DNA of 64,000 bases. It comes from Candidatus Woesearchaeota archaeon. GTDB taxonomy: Archaea; Nanobdellota; Nanobdellia; Woesearchaeales; GW2011-AR15. The DNA is taken from positions 18,645-82,644 of the forward strand of contig JAVZBY010000004.1 of the NCBI GenBank assembly GCA_038874655.1, read 5' to 3'. Below the pieces are notes generated by a model that saw only the letters and a list, made by a program, of their open reading frames with translations, did not search any database and was not told the DNA's origin. The translations under genes were made by a program, and so were the position numbers. Numbering within the stretch: position 1 is the stretch's first letter; every line of letters begins with the position of its first letter. This document shows positions 39,219 to 50,999 of this stretch, piece by piece.

Positions 39219-41423
39219 ATGAAAAATAAATTTATGAAAACAACATTACTAGGATTATTTTTAATTTTTTTAGTATTTAGCTTAATAAGTTGTACTGAAA
39301 TAAATTTAAATAAACCTGGGCAGAATACCAATCAAAATAATAACAATTTAAAATTTGACTCAGGAGAATTAAAAAAATTCAATTCAAAGCAAGAAATTAT
39401 TGAATTCCTAAATAAGAATCAAATTGCCAGTTATGGGCTATATGCTACTAATTTTAGAACAGCTACTATGGAAACAATGGCAAAGTCAACTGATTCTTCA
39501 ATAATGTCTAGTGTTTCACAAGGGGCTTCTGATTATAGCACTACAAACATACAAATACAAGGTGTTGATGAAGCTGATTTTATAAAAAACGATAACAAAT
39601 ATATTTATTTAATAAGTGGAAACAAATTAGTTATTATAGATGCTTATCCTGCTGAAAATGCAAAAATTCTCTCTGAGACATATATAGACGGAAATCCAAG
39701 AGAATTATTCTTAAATGGAAACAAACTTATTGTATTTACAGAAACAAATGAAGAAGTTTATACTTTTATGCAATATGAAATAATTCCAGTGCCTATTTAT
39801 AAACAAAAAACACATGTTTTAATTTTTGACATTAGTGATAGAGAAAAACCAAAAAAAATTAGAGATTATGATGTAAAAGGATATTATCTTACATCAAGAA
39901 TGATTGATAACTATGTTTACATAATAGCACAAGATTATGTTTATTACTATAATAATTATATTGATATGCCTGTTATTAGAGAAACAAATTCAAAAATTGC
40001 AATAAATCCAAACATATATTATATTGATGAGCCTGACAACAACTATAATTTTAACACAATATTATCAATTGACTTAAACAATCTTGATTCTGAAGATAGC
40101 ATAAAAGCAGAGACATTTATGATGGGTTATTCTAATGTAATATTTGTTAGTGAAAACAACATTTACATATCATATATGAAAAATAATCCAATTATATGGG
40201 GAAGATGGAATCCTTACTATAATAACTATAATGAATACCTAAAACAAAGATTTTATGATGTAATTGTTCCATTATTACCAACAGAAACAAAGGAAAAAAT
40301 AAAAGAAATAGAAAGCAGCAATTTAAAAGATAATGAAAAATGGGAAAAAATTGCAAATGAAATTGAAGAAATGTATAATAAAATGTCAAAATCAGAAAAA
40401 ACTGAATTTATGGAAAAAGTAGAGGAAGCAATAACACAATATGAATTAAAAAGAGAAGAAGAGTTGAAAAGAACAATCATTCATAAGATACAAATAAAAG
40501 ATGGAAATTTAAAATATATAGCAAAAGGTGAAGTAAAAGGATATTTATTAAATCAATTTTCAATGGATGAACATAATGAAAATTTAAGAGTTGCAACAAC
40601 ATTTGATGCATGGACATCTGGGAAATCAATTACTTACAATAATATCTATGTATTAAATAAAGATATGAAAGTAATTGGAAAATTAGAGAAAATTGCTCCT
40701 GATGAAAGAATTTATTCAACAAGATTTTTAGGAGATAGATTATACATGGTAACTTTCCAAAGAATTGATCCATTTTTTGTAATTGACTTATCAAATCCAG
40801 AAAAACCAGAAATCTTAGGTGAATTAAAAATCCCTGGATTTTCAGATTACTTACATCCTTATGATGAAAATACAATAATTGGCTTAGGTAAAGACACAAA
40901 AGAAAATGAATGGAATACTATTTCAACTAATGGAATTAAATTAGCATTATTTGATGTTAAAGATGTTAATAATCCAAAGCTTATTGACCAATATATAATT
41001 GGAAAAGAAGGAACAGACTCAGAAGCATTATACAATCATAAGGCATTTTTATTCAGCAAAGATAAAAACTTACTAGTAATTCCAGTAAGAGAAACAAAAG
41101 GAAAAGAGATATATGATTCAAGATGGGGTTTTTATAAACAAAAAGTATGGCAAGGTGCTTATGTATTTGATATCACAAAACAAGGATTTAAATTAAAAGG
41201 AAAAGTAAGTCATGCTGAAACAGAAGAATACCCCTATTGGTATTATGGCAGTCCAAATGCTATAAAGAGATCTTTATTTATGGATGATGTTTTATATACT
41301 ATCTCTCAGAAAAAAATAGAGATGAATAATTTAGATGACTTAGAAACAATAAATAGTATAACTCTTCCTTATTCCGAGGTATATTATCCAAATCCATATA
41401 AAGGAGGAGTTGCAATAGAATAA
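39219..41423 (+). CDS. Secreted beta-propeller domain lipoprotein
   Basis: YSTTNIQIQGVDEAD; LLNQFSMDE; ERIYSTRF; GELKIPGFSDYLHP; lipobox-like LISC after the h-region; GGTGA SD before ATG 39219. Confidence 0.88.
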   Translation: MKNKFMKTTLLGLFLIFLVFSLISCTEINLNKPGQNTNQNNNNLKFDSGELKKFNSKQEIIEFLNKNQIASYGLYATNFRTATMETMAKSTDSSIMSSVSQGASDYSTTNIQIQGVDEADFIKNDNKYIYLISGNKLVIIDAYPAENAKILSETYIDGNPRELFLNGNKLIVFTETNEEVYTFMQYEIIPVPIYKQKTHVLIFDISDREKPKKIRDYDVKGYYLTSRMIDNYVYIIAQDYVYYYNNYIDMPVIRETNSKIAINPNIYYIDEPDNNYNFNTILSIDLNNLDSEDSIKAETFMMGYSNVIFVSENNIYISYMKNNPIIWGRWNPYYNNYNEYLKQRFYDVIVPLLPTETKEKIKEIESSNLKDNEKWEKIANEIEEMYNKMSKSEKTEFMEKVEEAITQYELKREEELKRTIIHKIQIKDGNLKYIAKGEVKGYLLNQFSMDEHNENLRVATTFDAWTSGKSITYNNIYVLNKDMKVIGKLEKIAPDERIYSTRFLGDRLYMVTFQRIDPFFVIDLSNPEKPEILGELKIPGFSDYLHPYDENTIIGLGKDTKENEWNTISTNGIKLALFDVKDVNNPKLIDQYIIGKEGTDSEALYNHKAFLFSKDKNLLVIPVRETKGKEIYDSRWGFYKQKVWQGAYVFDITKQGFKLKGKVSHAETEEYPYWYYGSPNAIKRSLFMDDVLYTISQKKIEMNNLDDLETINSITLPYSEVYYPNPYKGGVAIE

Positions 41424-41474
41424 AAATTAAAAAAATAAATAAAAAATTTAAATAAACTTTTTTTTATTTTTATT

Positions 41475-42023
41475 ATGAAATTACCAACAAGAGAACAATG
41501 TTTACAATTTTATAAAGAATTAGAAACACCAGAAAACATAATAAATCATGTAAAAAAAGTAAATGAAGTTGCTAATTTTCTCGCACTAAAATTAAAGGAA
41601 AAAGGAATAAATATTAACCTAGAATTAGTAGACAGAGCGTCCTTAATTCATGATTTAGATAAGTGGTATACCTTAAATCATAAAGAAGTATTACATGGAG
41701 ATTATACAAAAAAAATTTTAGAGCAAAAAGGTTACCCTGAATTAGGTTTTTATGCAAAACAACATATTATTGAAGGGGCAATATTGCCTTATAAAACCTG
41801 GGAAGAAAAAATAATAGCCTATGCAGATAAAAGAGTTAATGGAGACAAAATTATTTCTTTAAAAGAAAGATGGGATTACATAAATAAAAGATATACTGCT
41901 ATTGATTCTGAAAAAAGAAAATTTGCTGAAAAATTGACTTATGAAATTGAAAAAGAAATTTTTGACATTATTAAATTAGATCCTAATAAATTAGAAGAAG
42001 AAATAAAAAAAGAAAAAATCTAA
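41475..42023 (+). CDS. HD-domain phosphohydrolase
   Basis: H...LIHDLDK...H...YADKR. Confidence 0.88.
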   Translation: MKLPTREQCLQFYKELETPENIINHVKKVNEVANFLALKLKEKGININLELVDRASLIHDLDKWYTLNHKEVLHGDYTKKILEQKGYPELGFYAKQHIIEGAILPYKTWEEKIIAYADKRVNGDKIISLKERWDYINKRYTAIDSEKRKFAEKLTYEIEKEIFDIIKLDPNKLEEEIKKEKI

Positions 42024-42157
42024 GAATAAAGTAAAATTTGTGTTTTAATTTAATAACAAATAATTTAATACTTTTTTGTATAGTAAAATTTATATAATCT
42101 AATAAATACATTCTTAATAAAGAATTTTTCAATAGCTATTTTTTGGGGGGTGGAAAA

Positions 42158-42427
42158 ATGAAATGCAATGTTGGAAAATTTGAAAGAGTATTAAGAATAA
42201 TAGTTGGGTTAATAATTTTAGGACTTGGTTATAACTATAAAAATGTCTTTGGTTTAATTGGTTTAATTCCATTATTAACAGGAATTATCGGTTTTTGCCC
42301 AGCATATTTAATATTAAAAAGAGATAAAGAAAAAATAGATAGTAAAAAAGAAAACAAAGAAGAAAAATTTGAAGATAAAAAAGAATTAAAAAAAACAGAA
42401 AAAAAATCAAAAAAAGGTAAAAACTAA
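42158..42427 (+). CDS. DUF2892 membrane protein
   Basis: NVGKFERVLRIIVG...TGIIGFCPAY. Confidence 0.88.
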   Translation: MKCNVGKFERVLRIIVGLIILGLGYNYKNVFGLIGLIPLLTGIIGFCPAYLILKRDKEKIDSKKENKEEKFEDKKELKKTEKKSKKGKN

Positions 42428-42442
42428 AAAAAGGTGAAATAA

Positions 42443-43303
42443 ATGTTTTGGTGGATTTTAATAGGAATAATTTTTTTCTTAAGTGGAGTAAGAATAGTAA
42501 GACCTACTCATAGAGGTGTTATAGAATTTTTAGGAAAATATCATAAATTTGCTGAGCCAGGTTTTCATTGGATTATTCCAATAATAATGAAAATGTATCA
42601 AGTTAATATCACTGAACAAATGGTTGATGCAGAACCACAAGAAATTATTACTAATGATAATTTAAATGCTAGAGTTGATGCTCAAGTCTATTTTAGAGTC
42701 AAACCCGATGAACAATCTGTAAAAGCTTCTTTATATAATGTTTATGATTATCAAGTACAAATAGTAAGTTTAGCAAGAACAACATTAAGAAACATAATTG
42801 GAACAATGACATTAAAATCTGCTAATAGTGAAAGAGACAAAATTAATTCTGAATTAATGAAAACATTAAAAGAAGAAACACATAATTGGGGTATTGAAGT
42901 TGTTAGAACTGAATTAAAAGAAATAGAGCCACCTAAAGATGTACAAGAAACAATGAATAAGGTTGTTAAAGCAGAAAACGAAAAAATTGCAGCAAGAGAT
43001 TATGCATTAGCAGCAGAAACACAAGCAGATGGTTTAAGAAGAGCAAAAATAAAAGAAGCTGAAGGTATTAAAGAAGCAAAGATATTAGAAGCAGAAGGAG
43101 AAGCACAAGCAATAAAATTAGTCAATGAAGCAGCCAACAAATATTTTGTAGGAAATGCACAATTATTAAGAAGACTAGAAGCTGTTGAAAAAGCATTAGC
43201 TAATAATGCAAAAGTAGTAGTTCCAACTGACACAGAGTTAATTAATGTAATCGGTGATTTAGCAGGAGTTCCTATTGAAGTTAAAAAATCAGAGAAAAAA
43301 TAA
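42443..43303 (+). CDS. SPFH/band 7 (stomatin-like) protein
   Basis: PGFHWIIP; QEIITNDN; TTLRNIIG; WGIEV. Confidence 0.93.
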   Translation: MFWWILIGIIFFLSGVRIVRPTHRGVIEFLGKYHKFAEPGFHWIIPIIMKMYQVNITEQMVDAEPQEIITNDNLNARVDAQVYFRVKPDEQSVKASLYNVYDYQVQIVSLARTTLRNIIGTMTLKSANSERDKINSELMKTLKEETHNWGIEVVRTELKEIEPPKDVQETMNKVVKAENEKIAARDYALAAETQADGLRRAKIKEAEGIKEAKILEAEGEAQAIKLVNEAANKYFVGNAQLLRRLEAVEKALANNAKVVVPTDTELINVIGDLAGVPIEVKKSEKK

Positions 43304-43356
43304 GCAAAAATAAAATTTCTTCACTTATTTTTTTAATTTTTTTATTTTTTATGTAA

Positions 43357-43608
43357 TTATTTACTAAATTTTTCTTTAAAATATTTATTAAAAAAACTTA
43401 AATATAATTCTTCCTTTAACTTTATTTCTTTTTTATTCCATGCTTTCATATTCTCTTTATCATATTCTAAAGCAAATAAAATTATTGTAATAAAAAAAAG
43501 AACTAAAACAATAACAAGCAAAAACATTCTATAAAAAAGAGATTCATTCATAGTAAGAAATGTAAGAAAAACAGAGAATAAAATAGAACTAATAAAATAA
43601 GATTTCAT
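43357..43608 (-). CDS. Small hypothetical membrane protein
   Basis: Two TM segments and a charged tail. Confidence 0.45.
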   Translation of the reverse strand: MKSYFISSILFSVFLTFLTMNESLFYRMFLLVIVLVLFFITIILFALEYDKENMKAWNKKEIKLKEELYLSFFNKYFKEKFSK

Positions 43609-43877
43609 AAAAAGTCGTTTTTATAACAAGATTTTAAAAACATTTAAAATAAAATATTTACTAATTTATTCAATATATATAGGATTATTTAATAAATAGA
43701 AATATAAACCTCTTAAATAAAATTCTATAATTAAAAAAGTAAAAGAGAAGTTTCAGTTAAATAATAAATTTATAAATAAATAGATTTTATTTAAAAACAT
43801 ATATTGTATATACATAAAAAAAATAAATATATATAAAAATTAAAAATAAAATAATAAAAAAATAAAAGTTGAGAAAA

Positions 43878-44855
43878 ATGGAAACAAGAAAAATACAAAA
43901 AACAGGAATTGCTACTTACATAGTTAGTTTACCAAAAACATGGATTGTAAAAAAAGGTTTAAAAGCCGGTGATAAAGTAAATATCATAGAAGAGAAAGAT
44001 CAAAGTTTAAGGATATGCTTGGATTATAAAGATCCTTTAAAAAAAGAAGTTGAAATAAAATTGAATAAAGATATTTCTTTGGAAGAATTTTTAAGAAAAT
44101 TCACAGCACATTACTTAGATGGCGCAACTAAAATTACTATACTAATTAACGATAAAAAAAACATTTTTAAAGAAATTACACTAAATCTAAAAAGATTTAT
44201 GGGGTATGAAATTGTAGAACAAAGCTCATCAAAACTAATAATACAAGACTTCTTTACCTCAGAAAATTTATCATTAACTAAAACAATAAGAAGAGAATTT
44301 AACATATCAAAAATGGTTATTGAAGAAAGTAGAGGCATTTTAAATAAAGAAATAAATAATTTGAATAATATTGAACTTTGGGAAGAAGAAGTTGATAAAT
44401 TATATCTTTTTTTAAGAAGACAAATAAATTTTGCAATTCATAATAGTAGTATTTTAAAAAATTTTGAAGTAACTTTAAAAGAATGTCAAGATTATTTATT
44501 ATTAATTGATGCTATAGAAAAAATAACAGATTCTTTTTATACAATCTCTCAAAATGCTTTACAAATAGAAGCAATATCAGAAAAAAGCTTAAAAAGATTA
44601 AACACAATTTATGACAGAATTTTAGAATCTTATGAAATTGCATTTTCAAGTATATTTAAAAAAAGTTTCAAAGATTCAAACACCAATTATGAAAAAATAA
44701 AAGAAATACTTAATTACAATATAACTATTCATGAAGAAAACTTAAATGAGAAATCAAAAGAAAATTTATATATGATTCTAGCAAATTTACACACTATAAT
44801 AAATTATTTAGAGGAAATTGCAGAAATTGGCTTAGGTGTAGATGAAGAAAATTAA
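43878..44855 (+). CDS. AbrB-PhoU phosphate uptake regulator
   Basis: METRKIQKTG..YIVSLPKTW AbrB domain; EEEVDKLY and EKITD PhoU repeats. Confidence 0.88.
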   Translation: METRKIQKTGIATYIVSLPKTWIVKKGLKAGDKVNIIEEKDQSLRICLDYKDPLKKEVEIKLNKDISLEEFLRKFTAHYLDGATKITILINDKKNIFKEITLNLKRFMGYEIVEQSSSKLIIQDFFTSENLSLTKTIRREFNISKMVIEESRGILNKEINNLNNIELWEEEVDKLYLFLRRQINFAIHNSSILKNFEVTLKECQDYLLLIDAIEKITDSFYTISQNALQIEAISEKSLKRLNTIYDRILESYEIAFSSIFKKSFKDSNTNYEKIKEILNYNITIHEENLNEKSKENLYMILANLHTIINYLEEIAEIGLGVDEEN

Positions 44856-45021
44856 GTCTCTTGTTTTTCTTGGCTTTTTTGGTTTATTATTTTAAAATTT
44901 TATTTAAATAGTATGAATTTAGTTTAGTAATTAATTAAAAATTAGTTTATTATTAAATATTAACTTCAAAAAGAATTTTAAAACTTAAAAATAGAGATAA
45001 TTAAAATTAAAAACTAGAAAA

Positions 45022-45333
45022 TTATGCATCAACCATTTCAATTTCAATGTTTAATCCATCTGGAATCGGCACTCTCATTACTAATCTTAATGCTCTTTCA
45101 TCAACTCCTAAATCTATTAATCTCTTATGAACTCTCATCTCATATCTTTCCCAAGTTTCTGTTCCCTCACCATCAGGACTTTTTCTTGTTGTGACTCTTA
45201 ATTTTTTTGTTGGCAAGGGTATTGGCCCTTTCATATCAACTCCTGTTTTTTCTGCTATTTCTTTAATACTTGCACAAACTTGATTTATTTTATCTATATC
45301 TGTGCTTGCTAATTTTATTCTTGCTTTCTGCAT
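45022..45333 (-). CDS. rps10: 30S ribosomal protein uS10
   Basis: GPIPLPTK; RKSPDGEG; [10 protein letters not shown]. Confidence 0.98.
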   Translation of the reverse strand: MQKARIKLASTDIDKINQVCASIKEIAEKTGVDMKGPIPLPTKKLRVTTRKSPDGEGTETWERYEMRVHKRLIDLGVDERALRLVMRVPIPDGLNIEIEMVDA

Positions 45334-45412
45334 TTTCCTACCTCATGATAATTTTTAAGTTTACCATGAAAAAATAAGATAAAAAATAAAAAAATTTATC
45401 TTATTCATGGAT

Positions 45413-46705
45413 TTATTTCATTGGTTTTGCAACCAAATCTATACACATACCAGCTGCAACTGTTTGACCTGAGTCTCTGATTGCAAATCTGGATAATTGT
45501 GGTATCTCTTTGAATCTTTCAATTACTAATGGTGTTGTTGGCTTAACTTTTACAATTGCAGCATCTCCATTTTTAATAAAATCTGGATGCTCTTGTAATG
45601 CTTGTCCTGTTCTTGGATCTAATTTTTTAACTATTTCAGTTATTTGACAAGCAACTTGTGCTGTGTGAATATGGAACACTGGTGTATAACCTACTGTAAT
45701 AACTGTTGGATGATTTAATACTATTATTTGTGCTGTAAATTCTGTTGCTACTGTTGGTGGTGTTTCTGGATGTCCTACAACATCTCCTCTAGCAATATCT
45801 TTTTTACCAATTCCACCTACTGAAAAACCAATATTATCTCCTGGTTCTGCTCTATCCAATTGTTCATGGTGCATTTCTATTGTTTTACATTCTCCTAAAA
45901 CACCTTTTCCTTCTCTTCCAGGAACAGCTATTATTTTATCTTTTGGTTTTAAAACACCTGTTTCAACTCTACCTACTGGAACAACTCCAATTCCAGTAAT
46001 GTTATAAACATCTTGGATTGGCAACCTTAATGGCAAATTTATTGGTTTTTCAGGAACTCTGAAATTATCAAATGCTTCTACCAATGTTGGACCATTCCAC
46101 CATGGCATTTTATCTGTTTTTTTAACTACATTATCTCCTTGTAATCCAGAAATTGGAACAAATTGAATGTCTGTATCTAATTTATAACCAACTGTTTTCA
46201 ATAATCCTTCTACTTGTGCTTTTACAGATTCAAACTTTGCTTTGTCATAATTAACCATGTCCATCTTGTTAATTGCAATAACTAATTGATTAACTCCTAA
46301 TGTTTTTGCTAAGAAAACATGTTCTTTTGTTTGTGCCATAACACCATCTGTTGCTGCTACAACTAAACAACCAACATCTGCTTGTGAAGCTCCTGTAATC
46401 ATATTTTTAACGAAATCTCTATGACCTGGTGCATCAATTATTGTGAAAAAGTATTTAGGTGTTTCAAATTTCTTATGTGCTAAATCTATTGTAATACCTC
46501 TTTCTCTTTCTTCTTTTAAATTGTCCATAACATATGCAAACTCAAAACCACCTTTTCCTAATGATTCAGCCAATTCTTTTAATTTTCTCATCTCTTGTTC
46601 TGGAATAGCGCCAGAATCATACATTAATCTACCAACTGTTGTTGATTTTCCATGGTCAATGTGACCAATAACAACTAAATTCAAATGTTCTTTTCCTTTT
46701 GCCAT
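45413..46705 (-). CDS. tuf: Translation elongation factor aEF-1A
   Basis: GHIDHGKST; ERERGITI; DAPGHRDF; NKMD; RFAIRD. Confidence 0.98.
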   Translation of the reverse strand: MAKGKEHLNLVVIGHIDHGKSTTVGRLMYDSGAIPEQEMRKLKELAESLGKGGFEFAYVMDNLKEERERGITIDLAHKKFETPKYFFTIIDAPGHRDFVKNMITGASQADVGCLVVAATDGVMAQTKEHVFLAKTLGVNQLVIAINKMDMVNYDKAKFESVKAQVEGLLKTVGYKLDTDIQFVPISGLQGDNVVKKTDKMPWWNGPTLVEAFDNFRVPEKPINLPLRLPIQDVYNITGIGVVPVGRVETGVLKPKDKIIAVPGREGKGVLGECKTIEMHHEQLDRAEPGDNIGFSVGGIGKKDIARGDVVGHPETPPTVATEFTAQIIVLNHPTVITVGYTPVFHIHTAQVACQITEIVKKLDPRTGQALQEHPDFIKNGDAAIVKVKPTTPLVIERFKEIPQLSRFAIRDSGQTVAAGMCIDLVAKPMK

Positions 46706-46813
46706 TTTTTATTCCTCCGTACAAAATAATAAAAATGTTTTTTATAAAATTAATATTTTATTGGAAATAACATCCCTTTATAAGTGTTTCTATGACTATA
46801 AAATAAAAAATTT

Positions 46814-49012
46814 TTATTGTGATGTATCTGGAACACCCATATCTTCTTCTTTTAATCCTTTTCTATTTCTAATTTGCATGATTATTTTTTGTTGTAATTC
46901 TTCTGGCAATTTCTCGAATGTCTGATCTAAAACTGAAAATGTTGCTCTACCTTCTGTTGCACTTCTTAATTCATTGCTTAAACCAAACATTTCAGCTACT
47001 GGCAATTTTCCTTTAATTGTTGTAAATTCATCTTCACTTTCCATTTCTAATAATTGTCCTCTCTTTGATGATAATAATTTTGAAATTTCTCCTAAAAATG
47101 CTGTTGGTGTATCAAATTGTAATATTTGTATTGGTTCAAACAAAACAGCATTTCCATCAATCATTGCTGCTCTTATACTATCTCTGACTGCTGGATAAAC
47201 TTGAGCTGGTCCTCTGTGAATTGAATCTTCGTGCAACACCATGTCTGCTAAAATAACTTTTACACCAATACAAGGTTCTTTTGCCAATGGACCTGCTGCC
47301 ATAACATCTTCAAACATATCCATTATTAATTCAATAACTTCTCCTATATGAACTTGTCCTCTTGTTGCATTAACTAACATATTTCCCTTAAATATATCTT
47401 TTACTTCTCTTGCTTCTTTGCTATCCATTCCTAAATTAGCTAATTTCTCCCATAAATCTTGCATTTTTTTTCTAATCCTCATTTCTGGAATTTCTCCTGA
47501 CTTTATTGCTGCTACTATTTTTGGATCCAAAGGCTCAACTTTAAAATAAAATTTATTATGTTTATTTGGAGATTTTCCTTCAAATTCTCTTGATGGCTTT
47601 AACACAGTTTCTCTATAAACTACAATAGGTGGTGTTGTTCTTACATCTAAACCTTTTTCTGTTTTAATTCTATTTTCAATAATCTCCAAATGAAGTTCTC
47701 CCATTCCTGACATTAAATGTTCTCCTGTCTCTTCATTAATTTGAATTGTAATGGAAGGATCTTCTTTTGCAACTTTTCTTAATACATCAACTAATTTTGG
47801 CAAATCACTTGGCTTTGTTGCTTCAATAGCTTTTGTAACAACAGGTTCAAATAAATGTTTTATTTGCTCAAAAGGTTCTTGTGGTTGTATTGTAACTGTT
47901 TCTCCTGCAAAACCATTTTTCAAACCAGCAATTCCTATTATGTTTCCTGCTGGCACTTCATCTACAACCTCTCTTTTTGGACCATTATATATATAAACTT
48001 GTTGTATTCTTGCATTTTCTTTTGCGCCATTACAATAAACTTGTAATCCTCTTTTCATTGTTCCTGAAAATAATCTACCTGCACAAATCTCTCCTGCTAA
48101 TGGATCTACTACTATTTTTGTTATAACAAAAGCAACTTCCCCATTAGGATCACAATTAACTAAAGATTTACCAAATTCACTTTCAAGGTCTCCATGCCAT
48201 ATCTTAGGAATTCTGTATTTTTGTGCTTCAATTGGATTTGGTAAATGTCTAACTACTGCATCTAGAACTACCTCGTGTAAAGGTGCTCTTTTCTTTAATG
48301 CTTTTTGAGCTTCTTGATCATCAGTTTCATAAGCTTTTATTATATCTGAAAAATTAATTCCTTTTTTTTGCATATATGGAATACTCATAGCCCAATTATG
48401 AAATGCACTTCCAAAACAAACTGAACCATTTTGTACATTAACAAGCCACTTACCCTTAAATTCTGGAGGACTAATACTATCAATGAATTTATTTACTCCT
48501 GCAATTATTTTTACAAATCTTTCTTGCATTTGTTGTGGATTCAATTTTAACTCTTTTATTAATCTATCAACTTTGTTTATAAATAAAATAGGTTTTACTC
48601 TCTCTCTTAATGCTTGCCTTAATACTGTTTCTGTTTGCGGCATCATTCCTTCTACAGCACAAACTAAAACAATTGTTCCATCTGCAGCTCTCATTGCTCT
48701 AGTAACATCACCACCAAAATCAACGTGTCCAGGTGTATCCAATAAATTAACTAAATATTCATCATCATTCAAAGTATGTACCATACTAACTGCAGAAGTA
48801 TCTATTGTAATACCTCTCTCTTGCTCATCTTGATGAAAATCTAATACACATAATTTTCCTGCTAAATCTTCAGAAATCATACCTGCGCCAGAAAGCAAAT
48901 TATCTGAAAAAGTTGTTTTACCATGATCTATATGTGCACAAATAGCAATATTTCTAATATTTGTTGGTTTATTCATAATTTTTTTAACCCTATCAACCAT
49001 CTTTTCAGCCAT
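46814..49012 (-). CDS. fusA: Translation elongation factor aEF-2
   Basis: AHIDHGKTT; DTPGHVDF; NKVD; diphthamide loop HEDSIHRGPAQ. Confidence 0.98.
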   Translation of the reverse strand: MAEKMVDRVKKIMNKPTNIRNIAICAHIDHGKTTFSDNLLSGAGMISEDLAGKLCVLDFHQDEQERGITIDTSAVSMVHTLNDDEYLVNLLDTPGHVDFGGDVTRAMRAADGTIVLVCAVEGMMPQTETVLRQALRERVKPILFINKVDRLIKELKLNPQQMQERFVKIIAGVNKFIDSISPPEFKGKWLVNVQNGSVCFGSAFHNWAMSIPYMQKKGINFSDIIKAYETDDQEAQKALKKRAPLHEVVLDAVVRHLPNPIEAQKYRIPKIWHGDLESEFGKSLVNCDPNGEVAFVITKIVVDPLAGEICAGRLFSGTMKRGLQVYCNGAKENARIQQVYIYNGPKREVVDEVPAGNIIGIAGLKNGFAGETVTIQPQEPFEQIKHLFEPVVTKAIEATKPSDLPKLVDVLRKVAKEDPSITIQINEETGEHLMSGMGELHLEIIENRIKTEKGLDVRTTPPIVVYRETVLKPSREFEGKSPNKHNKFYFKVEPLDPKIVAAIKSGEIPEMRIRKKMQDLWEKLANLGMDSKEAREVKDIFKGNMLVNATRGQVHIGEVIELIMDMFEDVMAAGPLAKEPCIGVKVILADMVLHEDSIHRGPAQVYPAVRDSIRAAMIDGNAVLFEPIQILQFDTPTAFLGEISKLLSSKRGQLLEMESEDEFTTIKGKLPVAEMFGLSNELRSATEGRATFSVLDQTFEKLPEELQQKIIMQIRNRKGLKEEDMGVPDTSQ

Positions 49013-49067
49013 AAACTTTCACCTTCATTATTTTTCTTCAAAATTTTTTAAAGCTTGTCTTAAAATC

Positions 49068-49559
49068 TTAAAAGACATGTATTTCATGTACTGTTTTATA
49101 ACTATGTAATTCATCATCATTAAACCACAAGGAAATTTCTTTCTTTGCATTTTCAATTGTATCTGAAGCATGAATTAAATTCTTAATTGCAATTCCTTTT
49201 TTGTCAGCATATTCATAAGAATGATGAGCAAAATCCCCCCTTATTGTTCCAGGCAATGCTTTTCTTGGCTCTGTTGAACCAACCATTTTTCTAACAACTT
49301 CAACTGCATGAATGCCTTCTAAAACCATTGCAATTACTGGGCCTTCTGTAATAAATGCCTCTAATGGCTTATAAAAAGGTTTATTTATATGCTCAGAATA
49401 ATGTTTTTTTGAAAAATCTTCATCAACCCAAACCATTTTCATGCCAACTATCTTTAAACCTGCATTTTCAAATCTTGTAATAATATTACCAATTATTCCT
49501 CTTTGTACTGCATCTGGCTTTAATAAAACTAAGGTTCTTTCAATTAAACTTTGTGGCAT
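49068..49559 (-). CDS. ndk: Nucleoside diphosphate kinase
   Basis: LKPDAVQRG; PGTIRGDF; NLIHASD. Confidence 0.97.
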   Translation of the reverse strand: MPQSLIERTLVLLKPDAVQRGIIGNIITRFENAGLKIVGMKMVWVDEDFSKKHYSEHINKPFYKPLEAFITEGPVIAMVLEGIHAVEVVRKMVGSTEPRKALPGTIRGDFAHHSYEYADKKGIAIKNLIHASDTIENAKKEISLWFNDDELHSYKTVHEIHVF

Positions 49560-49643
49560 TTTTTAGCACCTTTTTTATTTTTTATTAAACATTAGGGTAA
49601 GGATATTATTATAAATTTTATTCAAAATTTTATTCCTTTTTTT

Positions 49644-49832
49644 CTAATTTTCCTTTTTAACAGATTTTGAATATTCTCTTGTCCACTTTAAATTTCTTGA
49701 TTTTCTCTCTAGTTTCAACATATTTTTCTCACACTTTGTTGAACAAAAATAAAAAACACGAGCATCTGTTTTTATATACATTTTACCAGTTCCTTTTTTT
49801 ATTGTATTACCACAAAAACTGCATTTTACCAT
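49644..49832 (-). CDS. rpl24e: 50S ribosomal protein eL24
   Basis: CSFCG...GTGKMY...FCSTKC...LKWT. Confidence 0.96.
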   Translation of the reverse strand: MVKCSFCGNTIKKGTGKMYIKTDARVFYFCSTKCEKNMLKLERKSRNLKWTREYSKSVKKEN

Positions 49833-49927
49833 TTTAACAACCTCTATATTTTATAATAATTATAATTTGGATAATTCTTTTCGGATGGTTTGTTATATAA
49901 GCAAATTAAAGGAAATTAAAGATATAA

Positions 49928-50218
49928 TTATCCTTGACCTCTTCCTGTCTTATTTAGTGGCCTTGCTTCAATTTCTGTTTCTCTTAACATTAATATATCA
50001 CCTATTTGCACTGGCCCTCTAACATTTCTTCTTAAAATTTTATTTGCATCTCTACCTTCTAAAACCTTACATCTAACTTGAGTAACATCTCCTCTTGTTC
50101 CTGTTCTACCTATTATTTCTTCAACTCTAGCTTGCCATGCTTGACTAAAATTAACTTGACCTTTAACTTCAAGCTCAGCTTCTTTTTTTTCTTTACTATG
50201 CATCTTTTTTAAAGCCAT
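49928..50218 (-). CDS. rps28e: 30S ribosomal protein eS28 (N-terminally extended)
   Basis: IGRTGTRG; [17 protein letters not shown]; AAGGTG SD before ATG 50218. Confidence 0.95.
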   Translation of the reverse strand: MALKKMHSKEKKEAELEVKGQVNFSQAWQARVEEIIGRTGTRGDVTQVRCKVLEGRDANKILRRNVRGPVQIGDILMLRETEIEARPLNKTGRGQG

Positions 50219-50295
50219 ATTAAACACCTTTGATTAATTTTTTAAAAATTGATTAACAAATTAATAATTTAATTAATAAGACAAAATTAATTATC

Positions 50296-50607
50296 TTAAT
50301 TTGATTTTAATTCCTTTAATAAATTTGCTGCTTCACCTAACTCTATAATAGCAACACTACTTGTTCCTAAAGGTAATCCTGCTGCTGCACCTAATTCATC
50401 TTTACTTGGAACTTCAACACAAGGAATATTTTTTTCTTTACAAAGTAAAGGAATATGCATTATTATCTCTGGTGGATTTACATCCTTTGCATAAACAACT
50501 AACTTTGCTGATCCTCTTTCTATTGCTTTTGTAACTTCATTTGTACCTTTTTTAATTTTTCCAGTTGTTCTTGCCAATTCAACTGCTTCATATGCTTTTT
50601 CAGACAT
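50296..50607 (-). CDS. rpl7ae: 50S ribosomal protein L7Ae
   Basis: [14 protein letters not shown]; DVNPPEI; ELGAAAG; GAGGGTGA SD before ATG 50607. Confidence 0.97.
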   Translation of the reverse strand: MSEKAYEAVELARTTGKIKKGTNEVTKAIERGSAKLVVYAKDVNPPEIIMHIPLLCKEKNIPCVEVPSKDELGAAAGLPLGTSSVAIIELGEAANLLKELKSN

Positions 50608-50664
50608 TTTTTCACCCTCGTTCAAAATTTTTACTTTTATATTTTTTTCTTTTTTTATAAAATT

Positions 50665-50730
50665 TCATCCAAATAACTGGTAATCAGAAAGATTACCTTC
50701 ATTCAGGCATATGCCCTCATAATTCATTAG
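50665..50730 (-). promoter_or_regulatory. Structured rpl7ae leader with K-turn-like element
   Basis: GA GGGC ATAT GCCT GA (tandem GA flanking a hairpin) followed by a GGTAATC/GATTACC hairpin. Confidence 0.45.
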
Positions 50731-50999
50731 GTATATTTTTGGAAATAGCTCTCTTTTATAAAGATTTTGAATTTTTCGCATTAATGTGTTATCTGCAAAA
50801 TATTTCGCATTAAAGTAAATTAATTTAAGGTATTAATTAATTTATCTATATTTTAACTTTTTTAAATTTTAATAAATTATACCTTATTATTTTTTAAATA
50901 ATAAAATAGTAAATTAGTAAATAATTAGATAGTAAAAAACATCACCAATTAAATATCAATCTATAATAAATTAAAATAAAATCATAAAAATAATAAAAA

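Noticed and set aside
46814-49012. Possible diphthamide-site loss in EF-2
   Set aside because: HEDSIHRGPAQ retains the target His.
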